A DNA stretch of 64,000 bases from Spirochaetia bacterium (GTDB lineage Bacteria; Spirochaetota; Spirochaetia; CADAEX01), in the NCBI GenBank assembly GCA_017446885.1, contig JAFSOR010000009.1, positions 102,159 to 166,158 on the forward strand, written 5' to 3'. The translations under genes were made by a program, and so were the position numbers. Below are positions 1 through 10,314 of this stretch, piece by piece. The number at the start of each line of letters is the position of its first letter. Positions within the stretch are counted from its first letter, which is position 1. The notes under the pieces were generated by a model that worked only from the letters and a program-made list of their open reading frames with translations, was not told where the DNA came from and made no database searches.

Positions 1-174
1 CTCGGCAGTGAATATGATGTCGAATTCCGGGGCTCTGTCAAGCAGTCTGGCTGCCGCAGCCTGTGTAATCTCCACATCTCCGAACATTATGAACGCAGCG
101 ATGCATGTGGTGTCGTTTATCGGGAAAAGCTCAAGCTTCCGTTTAACCCCTGCAATCTCCATCTCGTAATACAT
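1..174 (-). CDS. hypothetical protein, 5' part only (gene starts at 174 and runs off the window start); weak resemblance to a phosphoribosyltransferase-type fold
   Basis: ATG (revcomp at 172-174) preceded by GGAGGA RBS; open frame to position 1; translation MYYEMEIAGVKRKLELFPIND... Confidence 0.3.
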   Translation of the reverse strand, partial: MYYEMEIAGVKRKLELFPINDTTCIAAFIMFGDVEITQAAAARLLDRAPEFDIIFTAE

Positions 175-227
175 AGTATCCTCCTGAACTCTTTGATTGT
201 ACTGTAGAAAACCGCTGTTTGCAACAG

Positions 228-1793
228 TTATCCCAGAATTTTCTTCAGATCTTCCTCCGGTGTAGTAGTTGGGCCGATATTGAAGGTATCCACCAGAACT
301 TTAAGAACATTAGGTGAGACAAATGCCGGCAGTGATGGCCCCAGCAGAATGTTCTTGATTCCCAGGTGGAGCAAGGTAAGGAGTACACATACTGCTTTCT
401 GCTCATACCAGGACAGGACGATTGAGAGCGGCAGGTCATTGACACCGCAGTTGAATGCCTTTGATAGGGCTACTGCCACCTGTATTGCACTGTATGCATC
501 ATTGCATTGTCCCATATCAAGGATTCTTGGTAGACCTCCTATAGTGCCAAGGTCCAGGTCGTTGAACCGGAACTTCCCGCAAGCCAGGGTCAGAACGATA
601 GAATCAGCCGGTGTCTGCTTGACAAATTCGGTGTAATAGTTGCGGCCCGGCTTTGCACCATCGCAGCCTGCAACCAGGAAGAAATGCTTTATAGCTCCGC
701 TCTTTACACCTTCAATTACTTTGTCTGCTACAGAGAGAACAGTGTTCCGTGCAAAACCGGTCATTGTACTCTTTCCACCGTTGATTCCGGTAAACTGTGT
801 ATCCTCTTTATATCCGCCCAGTTCAAGTGCCTTGTTGATGACAGGGGTAAAGTCCTTATCCTCGCCTATGTGCACCAGTTCTGGATAGGAAACCATCTCG
901 GTGGTGAATACCCGATCTGCATAGCTTGCTCTTGGTGGCATCAGACAGTTGGTGGTGAAGATGACAGGAGCAGGGATATCGGCAAACTCTTTCTGCTGGT
1001 TCTGCCATGCGGTTCCAAAGTTGCCTTTAAGGTGTGAGTACTTCTTGAGTTCTGGATATCCATGGGCAGGAAGCATCTCGCCATGAGTATAGATATTGAT
1101 TCCTTTTTTCTCTGTCTGGATGAGGAGCTGCTTAAGGTCGTACAGGTCGTGGCCTGAGATGACGATGAAAGGTCCTTTCTCCACCATAAGTGGAACCTGT
1201 ACAGGAACAGGATGGCCGAAGCTTTCTGTATTTGCTTTATCCAGAAGTGCCATGCAGGTAAGGTTTTTTTCTCCAACCTCAAGGACTACAGGGAGCAGCT
1301 CATTAAGACCGTATGTTTCGTTTCCGATTGCTGACAATGCTTTGTAGAAGAATATCTCCATGTCATTATCCCTGTAACCGAGAACCATTGCATGGTATGC
1401 ATATGCGGCCATTCCCCGGATACCAAAAAGGATAAGTGATTTAAGAGAGCGGATATCCTCATTGCAATCCCATACCTTGTTCATATCGTATTCAGTAAAT
1501 GAGATACCTGCCTTAAAGGCTTCTCCTTTGATTTTATCGGCAAGAGCACCAATGTTATCGTTGTTGAAGTTCACATTTGTGATGGTGGTGAAAAGTCCGC
1601 TGATAATAAGTTTGGAAAGCTCTTTAGTCACCTTTGATGCATCTATGGCAGAACCGATTCCCACCATAACTCCTGTAAGTTTATCCTGAAGCTGTGCAGT
1701 ATCTGCTTTCTTTCCACATACTCCTGCCATTCCTGTGCATCCTTTGCAGAGCGCTGTCTGCTCGCACTGGAAACAAAACATTTTCTTTTCCAT
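228..1793 (-). CDS. hcp: hybrid cluster protein / hydroxylamine reductase
   Basis: 521 aa; N-terminal Cys cluster CFQCEQTALCKGC typical of Hcp; full-length ORF. Confidence 0.9.
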   Translation of the reverse strand: MEKKMFCFQCEQTALCKGCTGMAGVCGKKADTAQLQDKLTGVMVGIGSAIDASKVTKELSKLIISGLFTTITNVNFNNDNIGALADKIKGEAFKAGISFTEYDMNKVWDCNEDIRSLKSLILFGIRGMAAYAYHAMVLGYRDNDMEIFFYKALSAIGNETYGLNELLPVVLEVGEKNLTCMALLDKANTESFGHPVPVQVPLMVEKGPFIVISGHDLYDLKQLLIQTEKKGINIYTHGEMLPAHGYPELKKYSHLKGNFGTAWQNQQKEFADIPAPVIFTTNCLMPPRASYADRVFTTEMVSYPELVHIGEDKDFTPVINKALELGGYKEDTQFTGINGGKSTMTGFARNTVLSVADKVIEGVKSGAIKHFFLVAGCDGAKPGRNYYTEFVKQTPADSIVLTLACGKFRFNDLDLGTIGGLPRILDMGQCNDAYSAIQVAVALSKAFNCGVNDLPLSIVLSWYEQKAVCVLLTLLHLGIKNILLGPSLPAFVSPNVLKVLVDTFNIGPTTTPEEDLKKILG

Positions 1794-1808
1794 TTCATTT
1801 CTCCTTTT

Positions 1809-2444
1809 TTAATCAATTATTTTTCCATCTCTTGAAATTGTGACCACCTGCCATGGAATGAATTTGCCGCTGGCCTTAAGTGCATTCTCGGCAGCCCGTT
1901 GCAATCCACCACAGCATGGTACTTCCATACGTACAATTGAGACGCTTTTTATATCATTGTTTTTAATTATCTCTGTAAGCTTCTCTGAATAATCTACTGA
2001 ATCAAGCTTGGGACAGCCGATAAGTGTTATTTTCCCTTTCATGAAATCCTCATGCATATTTGCATAAGCATAGGCTGTGCAATCAGCTGCTACAAGCAGC
2101 TTTGCTCCATCATAAAGCGGTGCTTGAATTGGAAGAAGCTTTATCTGGCATGGCCACTGCCTGAGCTGGCTCATGACTGGAACAGAGGACTCTTGAACAA
2201 TCTGGCTCTGTCTCTTAGCCTGCTGCACCGCCTTTTCATCGTAAGCGGGGGCCTCCCTTTCCTCAAAGGTAATAGCGCCTGTAGGGCAGGCAGGGAGACA
2301 ATCGCCGAAGCCATCGCAGAAGTTCTCCCGCACCAGCTTTGCCTTGCCATTTATCATCTCAATAGCACCTTCGTTGCATGCATTGGCACAAAGTCCGCAT
2401 CCGTTGCATTTTTCCTCATCTATTTTGATAATCTTACGTACCAT
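1809..2444 (-). CDS. ferredoxin-like 4Fe-4S protein co-transcribed with hcp (FrdX-like)
   Basis: two CxxCxxCxxxCP ferredoxin motifs (CNGCGLCANACNEG, CDGFGDCLPACP); 14 bp from the hcp start. Confidence 0.7.
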   Translation of the reverse strand: MVRKIIKIDEEKCNGCGLCANACNEGAIEMINGKAKLVRENFCDGFGDCLPACPTGAITFEEREAPAYDEKAVQQAKRQSQIVQESSVPVMSQLRQWPCQIKLLPIQAPLYDGAKLLVAADCTAYAYANMHEDFMKGKITLIGCPKLDSVDYSEKLTEIIKNNDIKSVSIVRMEVPCCGGLQRAAENALKASGKFIPWQVVTISRDGKIID

Positions 2445-2495
2445 AGTTTCTCCTTGACTACAATTTCTTTCTACGATACTTTAGAGTAAAAGTAT

Positions 2496-2509
2496 GTTGA
2501 ATTTTCAAC
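2496..2509. promoter_or_regulatory. candidate Crp/Fnr-family (HcpR-type) operator: perfect 6+6 inverted repeat GTTGAA-TT-TTCAAC in the divergent hcp/hcpR intergenic region
   Basis: palindrome read directly; located between the frdX-hcp operon (minus) and the Crp/Fnr regulator (plus). Confidence 0.35.
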
Positions 2510-2522
2510 AAATTATGAAAAA

Positions 2523-3209
2523 ATGAAGAAAAATGAATTATTTTTAAAAGAGTGCAATCTTTTTTCAAATATCGACAGCACACATCTGCAAGCTATGCTG
2601 GTCTGTCTCGGGGCACGGGAAAAAACTTTCAGAAAAGGAAGTGTGATTTTTGCCTGTGGAGAAAAGGCAGAGACATTAGGTATTGTTCTTTCGGGGAAAG
2701 TTCAGATGATCCGTATAGATTACTATGGGAACCGGAGCATAGTAGCCGAGATGGGGAACGCACAGATTTTCGGCGAGGTCTTCGCATGCTCCGATATTGA
2801 CACATTGCCAGTAGATTTTTTGGCATCAGAGGAATCTTCCGTTCTGTTAATAAATGCCAGGCGGATAACCAAGACCTGTTCTCATGCTTGTGCTTTTCAT
2901 AGGCAGATTATTTTCAACCTTCTTAAGTTAGTTGCGACAAAGAGCCTGCTTTTTGGTCAGAAGATTGATATTGTCTCCCGGCGTACCACCAGAGAAAAGC
3001 TCCTTGCATATCTGGGGACTGTGGCAAGACAGACAGGAAAAAAATCATTCACAATCCCTTACAGCAGGCAGGAACTGGCAGATTATCTGGATGTGGAACG
3101 AAGCGGATTATCGGCCGAGATAGGAAAGATGTGTCGTGATAATATAATAAAATGCCACAGGAGCGAGTTTACTCTTTTACATAATCCACCAGACAACGGT
3201 GGCGCTTAA
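2523..3209 (+). CDS. Crp/Fnr-family transcriptional regulator (probable HcpR)
   Basis: 228 aa; cNMP-binding-like N-terminal domain and C-terminal HTH (RQELADYLDVERSGLSAEIGKM); divergent from hcp. Confidence 0.75.
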   Translation: MKKNELFLKECNLFSNIDSTHLQAMLVCLGAREKTFRKGSVIFACGEKAETLGIVLSGKVQMIRIDYYGNRSIVAEMGNAQIFGEVFACSDIDTLPVDFLASEESSVLLINARRITKTCSHACAFHRQIIFNLLKLVATKSLLFGQKIDIVSRRTTREKLLAYLGTVARQTGKKSFTIPYSRQELADYLDVERSGLSAEIGKMCRDNIIKCHRSEFTLLHNPPDNGGA

Positions 3210-4454
3210 TACAGCCCCGGCAGCTATGAACAGGCATGGCTTGGCTATAAAGAATGTGTTCTTGAACAGATTTGTGCCAAAGAACCGGTTGGTCACCACG
3301 TTGCACACATGGACAGGGGATAACAGCTGACCAATCTGTCCGAAAGCGTAGCCGATTATAACCATTATAAGGATGCTTTTGAGTGACGGGTCGGGGCCTA
3401 AGAGCGAGAATATGATAGGAAAGCTGGTTCCCACAAAGCCCAGCGCAATTCCTGTGGCTATGCCGCTTAACAGAGGCAGTATGGCAAACAGGAGCAGAGG
3501 GGGAATTCCGCTCTGGCTAAGCTCCTGCCGCATTATATCCATAATATGGGAACCGTCTGCAAGTGGTGAACCGATAAAGCCGCTGTAGATAGTGATTACA
3601 ACTACTATAAGCACCATGCGCCAGCTGTTCTTGGCCAGAAGCAGCCTTTTCCAGGTACCTGTACTCAGCGGCTTCCAGATTTGCGATGTTATTATTGCCG
3701 CAAGAATGCTTAGAATCAGCGGCAGGTACTTGGATGCTTTTTTAAGGGCAGGGCACAGACCCGAAAGCAGGAAAGAGCCACCTATAATTATTATGATAGG
3801 CAAAAGATACCGCCACACTGGCTTTTTAGCTCCAGATTCAGGCGGTGTGCCGGGGATTTCAAGCCCTTTAAGAATGCACACATACCCTGCAAAGATATGG
3901 ACAAATGTCATAAAGACATTGGCCAGGAACATCTGGTAGAATTCAAGCCCTGTTATCTGCAGTGCCATGATTACGCCGGCATAAAGGGGAAACCAGTACT
4001 CCCACATATGCCTGAACCAGTAGTTTATCCGTGTCTTTGTATCGCTGTCCAGCTTATGAGCTGTATCGCAGGCATCAACCAGCGGGGCAGAGAACAGGGC
4101 ACCTCCCGGCATTGGGATAAGGCCTATCAGGGCGGCAACCGACACCAGTAGAGTCTTGCCCGAGAACCGCCCCTTCAGCCCTTCGGTCATAAAGCCCATT
4201 ATATTGTTCTCTTTAATCTGGTTGCTCATAGTTATCATAAGGAAGATAAGGAGAAACAGCATGCAGGAATCAAAGTTCCATACCCTTTGTACCGCTATCT
4301 TAAAGGTTTCAAGCAGGGTGCGGTTTGACAGCATGGAAAGGAGGAAGGACCCGGCCAGGATAGAGACTGCCAGATTCTTTATAAAGCGGTCTGCTATAAG
4401 TATAGCTCCTAGTGAGATGAAAATTACTGCAATTACTGGAATATTCCACAGCAT
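3177..4454 (-). CDS. polytopic integral membrane protein (DUF401-like)
   Basis: 425 aa, more than 10 hydrophobic segments; no recognisable catalytic motif. Confidence 0.45.
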   Translation of the reverse strand: MLWNIPVIAVIFISLGAILIADRFIKNLAVSILAGSFLLSMLSNRTLLETFKIAVQRVWNFDSCMLFLLIFLMITMSNQIKENNIMGFMTEGLKGRFSGKTLLVSVAALIGLIPMPGGALFSAPLVDACDTAHKLDSDTKTRINYWFRHMWEYWFPLYAGVIMALQITGLEFYQMFLANVFMTFVHIFAGYVCILKGLEIPGTPPESGAKKPVWRYLLPIIIIIGGSFLLSGLCPALKKASKYLPLILSILAAIITSQIWKPLSTGTWKRLLLAKNSWRMVLIVVVITIYSGFIGSPLADGSHIMDIMRQELSQSGIPPLLLFAILPLLSGIATGIALGFVGTSFPIIFSLLGPDPSLKSILIMVIIGYAFGQIGQLLSPVHVCNVVTNRFFGTNLFKNTFFIAKPCLFIAAGAVLSATVVWWIM

Positions 4455-4565
4455 AAGATGAGTGTATCACGGCATAAAAAGAAAAAAAAGAGATTTTTTA
4501 TAACCTTAAGACTGTTGGCTTGTTTATATTTTGTGAGTATATTTTAATTATCAGGAGATAAATCA

Positions 4566-6047
4566 ATGCAGTTTAAAAGATTTTCACTTGTTCTTTTAGT
4601 TTTAATTTTCTCTGCTTCCATGATTTTTGCCTTAGGTTCTGCGGAACAGGCAAAGCCTGAAAGCGGAATCACAGAAGCTCAGCCATCCCAGGAACAGCGG
4701 GTGGCCCCCAGCTCTAAAGGCGAGCTTTTCTATTCTTTCAGCGGAATTACAAAAAAAGTTCTTCCATCTGTAGTAGAGCTTGATGTTGTTGAGGTTGTCC
4801 GTCAGGAGACCTTCAACTTCTTCAATCCGTTCGAATTCTTCTTTGGCGGCGGCCGGGGCGGAGACAATAACAATGGCAAGACCTACAAGGAATATGAGCG
4901 CCCAGGCCTTGGCTCAGGCATCATGATCAAGCAGGATGGCGACACAGTATATGTCCTTACTAACAGCCATGTTGCAGGAAAAGCAGACCAGATTACTGTA
5001 AAGCTTGCCGACGGACAGAAGTTCGATGCTACAAAAGTAGGTGCCGACGACAGGATGGACCTGGCTCTGGTATCGTTCAAGTGCTCCGACAAAGTTCCTG
5101 TTGCGACATTCGGCGATTCCGATTCCTTGGAGGTAGGCGACATTGTTCTTGCAATAGGTTCTCCTTATGGCTATGAATCTTCAGTTACAATGGGTATTGT
5201 AAGCGGTCTTAAGAGAAAGAGCACCGGGCAGATTTCTAACTACACCGACTATATCCAGACCGATGCATCCATAAACCCAGGTAACTCTGGCGGTGCCCTT
5301 GTCAACATGAAAGGCGAGGTTGTGGGAATAAACACCTGGATTGCAACCCAGAGCGGCGGCAGCATAGGACTTGGCTTTGCCATTCCATCCAACAACGCAA
5401 AACGGGTTGCCAACGACTTTATCACCAAAGGAAAGGTTGAATACGGCTGGCTTGGTGTATCTATAGACACAGTGGATGAGAACAGCTATCCGGACCTGCG
5501 CAAGGATTTAGGCCTCGGAAACAAGGGTGGTGGACTTATACTTGGTGTATTCAAGGGTTCTCCGGCAGACAAGGCAGGCATTCTCCCTGGCGACTTTATC
5601 ACCAAGATAAATGGAACTGTAATCACCGATTCTTCGCAGCTTACCAAGGTCATTGGAACTATTCCTCCTAAGGAGAAGGCATCATTCACCCTTATAAGGA
5701 ATAAGAAGGAGATGACCTTGAATGTAGTCCTCGAGGCACGTGATGATGAGGACAAGGTTCAGTCCAACCGCGACATCTATCCGGGCTTCCTTGCTATCAA
5801 TATCGACGAGAAGATGAGGACAAAGGGCGAGCTTGGCGATATCAAGGGTGTTATGATTGTGGCAGTATCGCAGGGTACAGCTGCCGAGCAGGCAAACCTT
5901 AAGGTTGGCGACATAATCCAGGAGATAAACGACAAGCCTGTAACCAACATGGCAGAGTTCTACAGTGCGCTGAATGATAAATCCAGCAAGAAGATGTTCC
6001 AGATTAGCAGAAATGGACAGAAAATAATTGTTGGATTTGTAAAATGA
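4566..6047 (+). CDS. htrA: periplasmic serine endoprotease DegP/HtrA with PDZ domains
   Basis: signal peptide; catalytic motif GNSGGALVNMKGEVVGINT; two PDZ-like C-terminal segments. Confidence 0.85.
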   Translation: MQFKRFSLVLLVLIFSASMIFALGSAEQAKPESGITEAQPSQEQRVAPSSKGELFYSFSGITKKVLPSVVELDVVEVVRQETFNFFNPFEFFFGGGRGGDNNNGKTYKEYERPGLGSGIMIKQDGDTVYVLTNSHVAGKADQITVKLADGQKFDATKVGADDRMDLALVSFKCSDKVPVATFGDSDSLEVGDIVLAIGSPYGYESSVTMGIVSGLKRKSTGQISNYTDYIQTDASINPGNSGGALVNMKGEVVGINTWIATQSGGSIGLGFAIPSNNAKRVANDFITKGKVEYGWLGVSIDTVDENSYPDLRKDLGLGNKGGGLILGVFKGSPADKAGILPGDFITKINGTVITDSSQLTKVIGTIPPKEKASFTLIRNKKEMTLNVVLEARDDEDKVQSNRDIYPGFLAINIDEKMRTKGELGDIKGVMIVAVSQGTAAEQANLKVGDIIQEINDKPVTNMAEFYSALNDKSSKKMFQISRNGQKIIVGFVK

Positions 6048-6877
6048 GGCGTATTACATGCCTTGCAGTTTTCTTCATTCTGGCTTTAAGCTCAGCTTGG
6101 AGCCAGGAGAAGGTATATCTCTGGAAGGACGTTCATTCCATGCGGAATGAGCGTTCTTGCTTTTATTATTATGCTCCAGCTAAAGACGAAGATACCCATA
6201 TCGCAGTCATAATTTGCCATGGCGGAAGCTATCATCACAGGAGCATGGGAACCGAAGGGCGCGATGTTGCAGCCTGGTTTGCCGAACGGGGCTACCATGC
6301 CTTTGTCCTTAAATACAGGGTTGCAATGGATGGATATCACCACCCGGCTATGATACAGGATTTCCAGCGTACTATGCAGCTGGTGCGCGAGAATGCCTCA
6401 GAATATGGCATAGAAAACGATAGGGTTGGAGCCATTGGCTTTTCGGCCGGTGGGCATCTGGTGACTATGGCCGGTGCTTTCGGAGAAGAAAGCTATCTTA
6501 AACCGCTGGGCATAGAGACCAGTGTAAGCCTTAAACCAGATTTTGTAATTCCTGTATATCCTGTTGTTACCATGCTGGAGCCATATGAGCACCGCTGGTC
6601 CAGGCTTAGCCTTCTGGGGCGGAGTGCCGACGAGGATACGCGTAAAAAATTTTCCATGGAATGCCAGATTACAAGTGCTATGCCCCCAGTTTTCCTGCTT
6701 GCCTGCAAAGATGACGCCACAGTGGACTACCATAACAGCGTATTGCTGGACCAGGCACTTACAGATGCCGGGGTGGAGCACCAGTTTGTCCTTAGGGAGA
6801 CAGGCGACCACGGTTTTGGAATGAATTATGGATGGGGAGATGCCCTTTACAGTTGGCTTAAAAAATTATACCATTGA
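6044..6877 (+). CDS. alpha/beta-hydrolase esterase (acetyl-esterase/lipase-like), secreted
   Basis: HGGSYHH oxyanion motif and GFSAGGHL nucleophile elbow; signal peptide. Confidence 0.7.
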   Translation: MRRITCLAVFFILALSSAWSQEKVYLWKDVHSMRNERSCFYYYAPAKDEDTHIAVIICHGGSYHHRSMGTEGRDVAAWFAERGYHAFVLKYRVAMDGYHHPAMIQDFQRTMQLVRENASEYGIENDRVGAIGFSAGGHLVTMAGAFGEESYLKPLGIETSVSLKPDFVIPVYPVVTMLEPYEHRWSRLSLLGRSADEDTRKKFSMECQITSAMPPVFLLACKDDATVDYHNSVLLDQALTDAGVEHQFVLRETGDHGFGMNYGWGDALYSWLKKLYH

Positions 6878-6880
6878 AGA

Positions 6881-8071
6881 ATGGAACTTTTATCCCCGGC
6901 CGGTAATATAGAAAAACTCTACTATGCATATGAATATGGTGCCGATGCCGCATATATAGGCATAAAAAACTTCTCGCTCCGTGCAAAGGCAGACAACTTT
7001 TCGGCCGATGAATATGAGGCTATCCGCCGTGTAAAGGGGAATAAAAAACTTTATACTGCACTGAACATCTACTTCCATGACTCTGATATCGCAAACCTTG
7101 AGAAAGAATCTGATTATATACATCAGTATCCGCTGGACGGGTTTATTGTAAGCGATATAGGCATATTGGGCTTTTTAAAAAAGAATTTTCCAGACAATGA
7201 GCTGCACTTAAGCACTCAGGCCAACTGTGTGAACACCGAGGCGGCCAGAATGTACCGCGACATGGGAATAAAGCGCATAGTGCTGGGGCGGGAGCTTTCC
7301 TTGAAAGAGATTGAGGCTATAAAGAACAGTGTTCCAGACCTTGAGATCGAGGTGTTTGCCCACGGTGCCATGTGCCTGGCTTATTCGGGCCGCTGCTTTT
7401 TAAGCAAATACCTGGCAGACCGCAGCGCAAACCAGGGCGACTGTGCCCATTCCTGCCGCTGGCAGTACCGTGTGCTTGAGGAGTCGGAGCGGCCTGGTGA
7501 ATATTTTCCTGTGGTGCAGGGCGAGAATTTTACATCTATCCTTTCCTCCAAAGATTTATGCATGATAGATCATCTAAAAGAGCTTAAGGATGCCGGCGTG
7601 GACTCTATAAAGATAGAAGGCCGTATGAAGTCCATATACTATACAGCAGTTATTACCCGTGCCTACCGCAAGCAGCTCGATTATATCGAGGGTATCTCAA
7701 AAGCGGATCCCAAGCCATATGTGGACGAGATTTTCAAGGTCAGCCACAGGGAATTCTCAACCGGCTTCTACTATGGCAAAGACGAGATAGAGATGCCCAC
7801 ATTCAAGTCTTATATGTCCGAGGCTCAGTTTCTGGGCAGCATAGAGGAAGAAGTGGGCGAGGGGATATATAAGCTTGATGTCAAGAACCAGATACTTGCA
7901 TCCGACCCGATTGAATATATAGGCCCAGACCTGCTTTATCTTAAGGATGAAGGCTTTTCTCTGCTTGATGAGGATATGAATATTGTCCCCAAGACAGATC
8001 ATGGTAAAATTGCTTATATAAAGACAGACAAAAAGCTGAAAAAGGGATATATTATAAGAAAGAAGGGATGA
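6881..8071 (+). CDS. peptidase U32 family protein (collagenase-like)
   Basis: 396 aa; N-terminal MELLSPAGNIEKL...YGADAAYIG and E..HGAMC...SGRC motifs typical of U32. Confidence 0.8.
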   Translation: MELLSPAGNIEKLYYAYEYGADAAYIGIKNFSLRAKADNFSADEYEAIRRVKGNKKLYTALNIYFHDSDIANLEKESDYIHQYPLDGFIVSDIGILGFLKKNFPDNELHLSTQANCVNTEAARMYRDMGIKRIVLGRELSLKEIEAIKNSVPDLEIEVFAHGAMCLAYSGRCFLSKYLADRSANQGDCAHSCRWQYRVLEESERPGEYFPVVQGENFTSILSSKDLCMIDHLKELKDAGVDSIKIEGRMKSIYYTAVITRAYRKQLDYIEGISKADPKPYVDEIFKVSHREFSTGFYYGKDEIEMPTFKSYMSEAQFLGSIEEEVGEGIYKLDVKNQILASDPIEYIGPDLLYLKDEGFSLLDEDMNIVPKTDHGKIAYIKTDKKLKKGYIIRKKG

Positions 8072-8937
8072 TGCTTAAAAAGAAAGCTCTTTTATTTTTA
8101 TCTTTTTTCCTCATAATATGCCAGGCTTCATTTGCTGCCATCAAGAATCCTATCCAGTCTGTGTTCAACAAACCCGATGTCACAACCGAAGGTCTTGAGA
8201 TAACAGCCCTGGATTTTGATAAGATCGAGGGCATCCTCCGTCTTAAGGTAAACAATCTTAACTCTATCTCAATCGATTATCCGCAGATAAGCTGGACATT
8301 GAAACTGGGCGAGATTCTCTATAAAACCGAGACAATGCCAGATGACGGCAAGATTGGCCCGAACAAGGTGGAGGAGATTCAGATTCCAGTATCTATACCA
8401 TACCAGGAACTGTACGAAAAACATCCTTCTCTGCTGCGTCTTGATATTATTCCATATACGGTGACTGCCGATTTAAGCTTTAAGCTTCCTATTTTCGGAA
8501 AATCAAGCAACTCTGTAGTTGCAACCGGCGAGCTTCCTCTTCTTAAAAAGCCTGTTGTAAGCCTGGATTCAATACTCCTTAACAGCATGGAGCCAGAGCA
8601 GGTGGTGTTTGCAGTTACTGCATCTTTACAGAACAGGAATGGTTTTGATATCCAGATTGAGCGTGTCGATTATACACTTATAATAAACAACACAAAATGG
8701 GCAACCGGAAATACACGCCGTCAGATACTTGCACGTCCTGCACAGAAGAGCGACATACCGCTCAATATTGCGCTAAGGACCAGCAGCATGGTATCCGAGG
8801 CATATGCACTTGTCCTGAGCGAGCAGGATGTGCGTTTCGATTTCAAGGGTACTCTGTATTGCAAGAGCAGCTCCCCGTATCTTAAGAATTTTGAGCTTCC
8901 TTTCCAGCTTATAGGGAAAAAACGGATAAAGCTTTGA
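8068..8937 (+). CDS. exported protein with two LEA-2/WHy-like repeats
   Basis: signal peptide; two internally similar ~110-aa beta-rich segments. Confidence 0.35.
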   Translation: MMLKKKALLFLSFFLIICQASFAAIKNPIQSVFNKPDVTTEGLEITALDFDKIEGILRLKVNNLNSISIDYPQISWTLKLGEILYKTETMPDDGKIGPNKVEEIQIPVSIPYQELYEKHPSLLRLDIIPYTVTADLSFKLPIFGKSSNSVVATGELPLLKKPVVSLDSILLNSMEPEQVVFAVTASLQNRNGFDIQIERVDYTLIINNTKWATGNTRRQILARPAQKSDIPLNIALRTSSMVSEAYALVLSEQDVRFDFKGTLYCKSSSPYLKNFELPFQLIGKKRIKL

Positions 8938-8946
8938 TATAAGGAA

Positions 8947-10314
8947 TTGAACATGGCTAAACTGTGGTTTAAAAACTATGATTTAAATGAGCTTCTTGAG
9001 AAGTTCACTGTAGGAAACGATTATATTCTGGACAAGAACCTGGTGGTTTCAGACTGTCTGTGCACCATTGCACATATCCAGATGCTCTCTTCAATCGGAA
9101 TTCTTACCAAAGCTGAATTCAAAGCGCTAAAGGCTGTGCTCCTTGAGATTATAAAGCTTGACAGAGAAGGAAAGTTCGAGATAAAGATGTCGGACGAAGA
9201 TTGCCACACCGCTATAGAGGGCTACCTTACTGCCAAGCTGGGCGATGCCGGAAAGAAAGTGCATACGGGACGCTCACGCAATGATCAGGTGCTTACAGCT
9301 ACCCGTTTCTTTGCCAAGGCCCGGATTCTTGATATTATGGATAAGGCTCTTGGTCTGGTGGATTCCTTATCTGCATTTGCCGAAAAATATAAAAATGTCC
9401 CTATGCCGGGCCGTACCCACATGCAGATTGCCATGCCTTCTTCTGTAGGCCTTTGGGGTGCTGCATTTGCCGAGGAGCTTTTGGACGACATAGCATTCCT
9501 TAAATCAGCGTATGACCTTAATAACAGATGCCCACTGGGTTCTGCCGCAAGCTATGGGGTTCCGCTGCCGCTGGACAGGGAGCTTACAGCATCGCTTTTA
9601 GGTTTTGGCGGAATACAGAACAACGTCCTTTATGCTAACAATTCTCGCGGAAAGATAGAATCCATGATTGCCGATGCCCTTGAGCAGCTGACCCTTACAT
9701 ACAGCAAGATGGCACAGGATCTGATTATTTTCTCCATGCCCGAATTCGGCTATTTCTCGCTTCCTGCATCGCTATGCTCGGGTTCAAGCATAATGCCGCA
9801 GAAAAAGAACCCAGACGGCCTTGAGCTTTTGCGCGGAAAAGCTGCGTCGCTTTCCGGTTACTGCGCTGGAATGAAGAACGTGGTACGTGCCCTGCCAACC
9901 GGCTACAACCGTGATTTCCAGGAGACCAAGGAACTATTTATCAAGATTCTGGATACAGCTGACATAAGCACACAGGTGGCCAAACTTACCATAGATGAGC
10001 TTAAAGTGAACAAAGAAAAGCTTAAAGCTGGCTTTACTCCCGATATTTTTGCAACCGACGAGGCACTCCGCTTAGTAGCCTCGGGAAAGAGCTTCCGCGA
10101 TGCTTACAAAGAGGTTGGCCTTAACCTGGACAAGCTTAAGAACGAGGATCCTGCATCTTCCATTAAAAAGCGCACCTCAACCGGTACATCTGGAAATCTT
10201 AACCTAAAGTATGCCAAGAAAGCGGCTGCCTCATTAAGAGATTTTGCTATGGGTGAGCATACTTTGCTTCTTGATGCGATAAAAAAACTTACAGGAAAAA
10301 AGATACTGCTTTAA
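8947..10314 (+). CDS. argH: argininosuccinate lyase (fumarate-lyase superfamily)
   Basis: class-I lyase signature GSSIMPQKKNPD; SRNDQV motif; 455 aa. Confidence 0.8.
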   Translation: MNMAKLWFKNYDLNELLEKFTVGNDYILDKNLVVSDCLCTIAHIQMLSSIGILTKAEFKALKAVLLEIIKLDREGKFEIKMSDEDCHTAIEGYLTAKLGDAGKKVHTGRSRNDQVLTATRFFAKARILDIMDKALGLVDSLSAFAEKYKNVPMPGRTHMQIAMPSSVGLWGAAFAEELLDDIAFLKSAYDLNNRCPLGSAASYGVPLPLDRELTASLLGFGGIQNNVLYANNSRGKIESMIADALEQLTLTYSKMAQDLIIFSMPEFGYFSLPASLCSGSSIMPQKKNPDGLELLRGKAASLSGYCAGMKNVVRALPTGYNRDFQETKELFIKILDTADISTQVAKLTIDELKVNKEKLKAGFTPDIFATDEALRLVASGKSFRDAYKEVGLNLDKLKNEDPASSIKKRTSTGTSGNLNLKYAKKAAASLRDFAMGEHTLLLDAIKKLTGKKILL

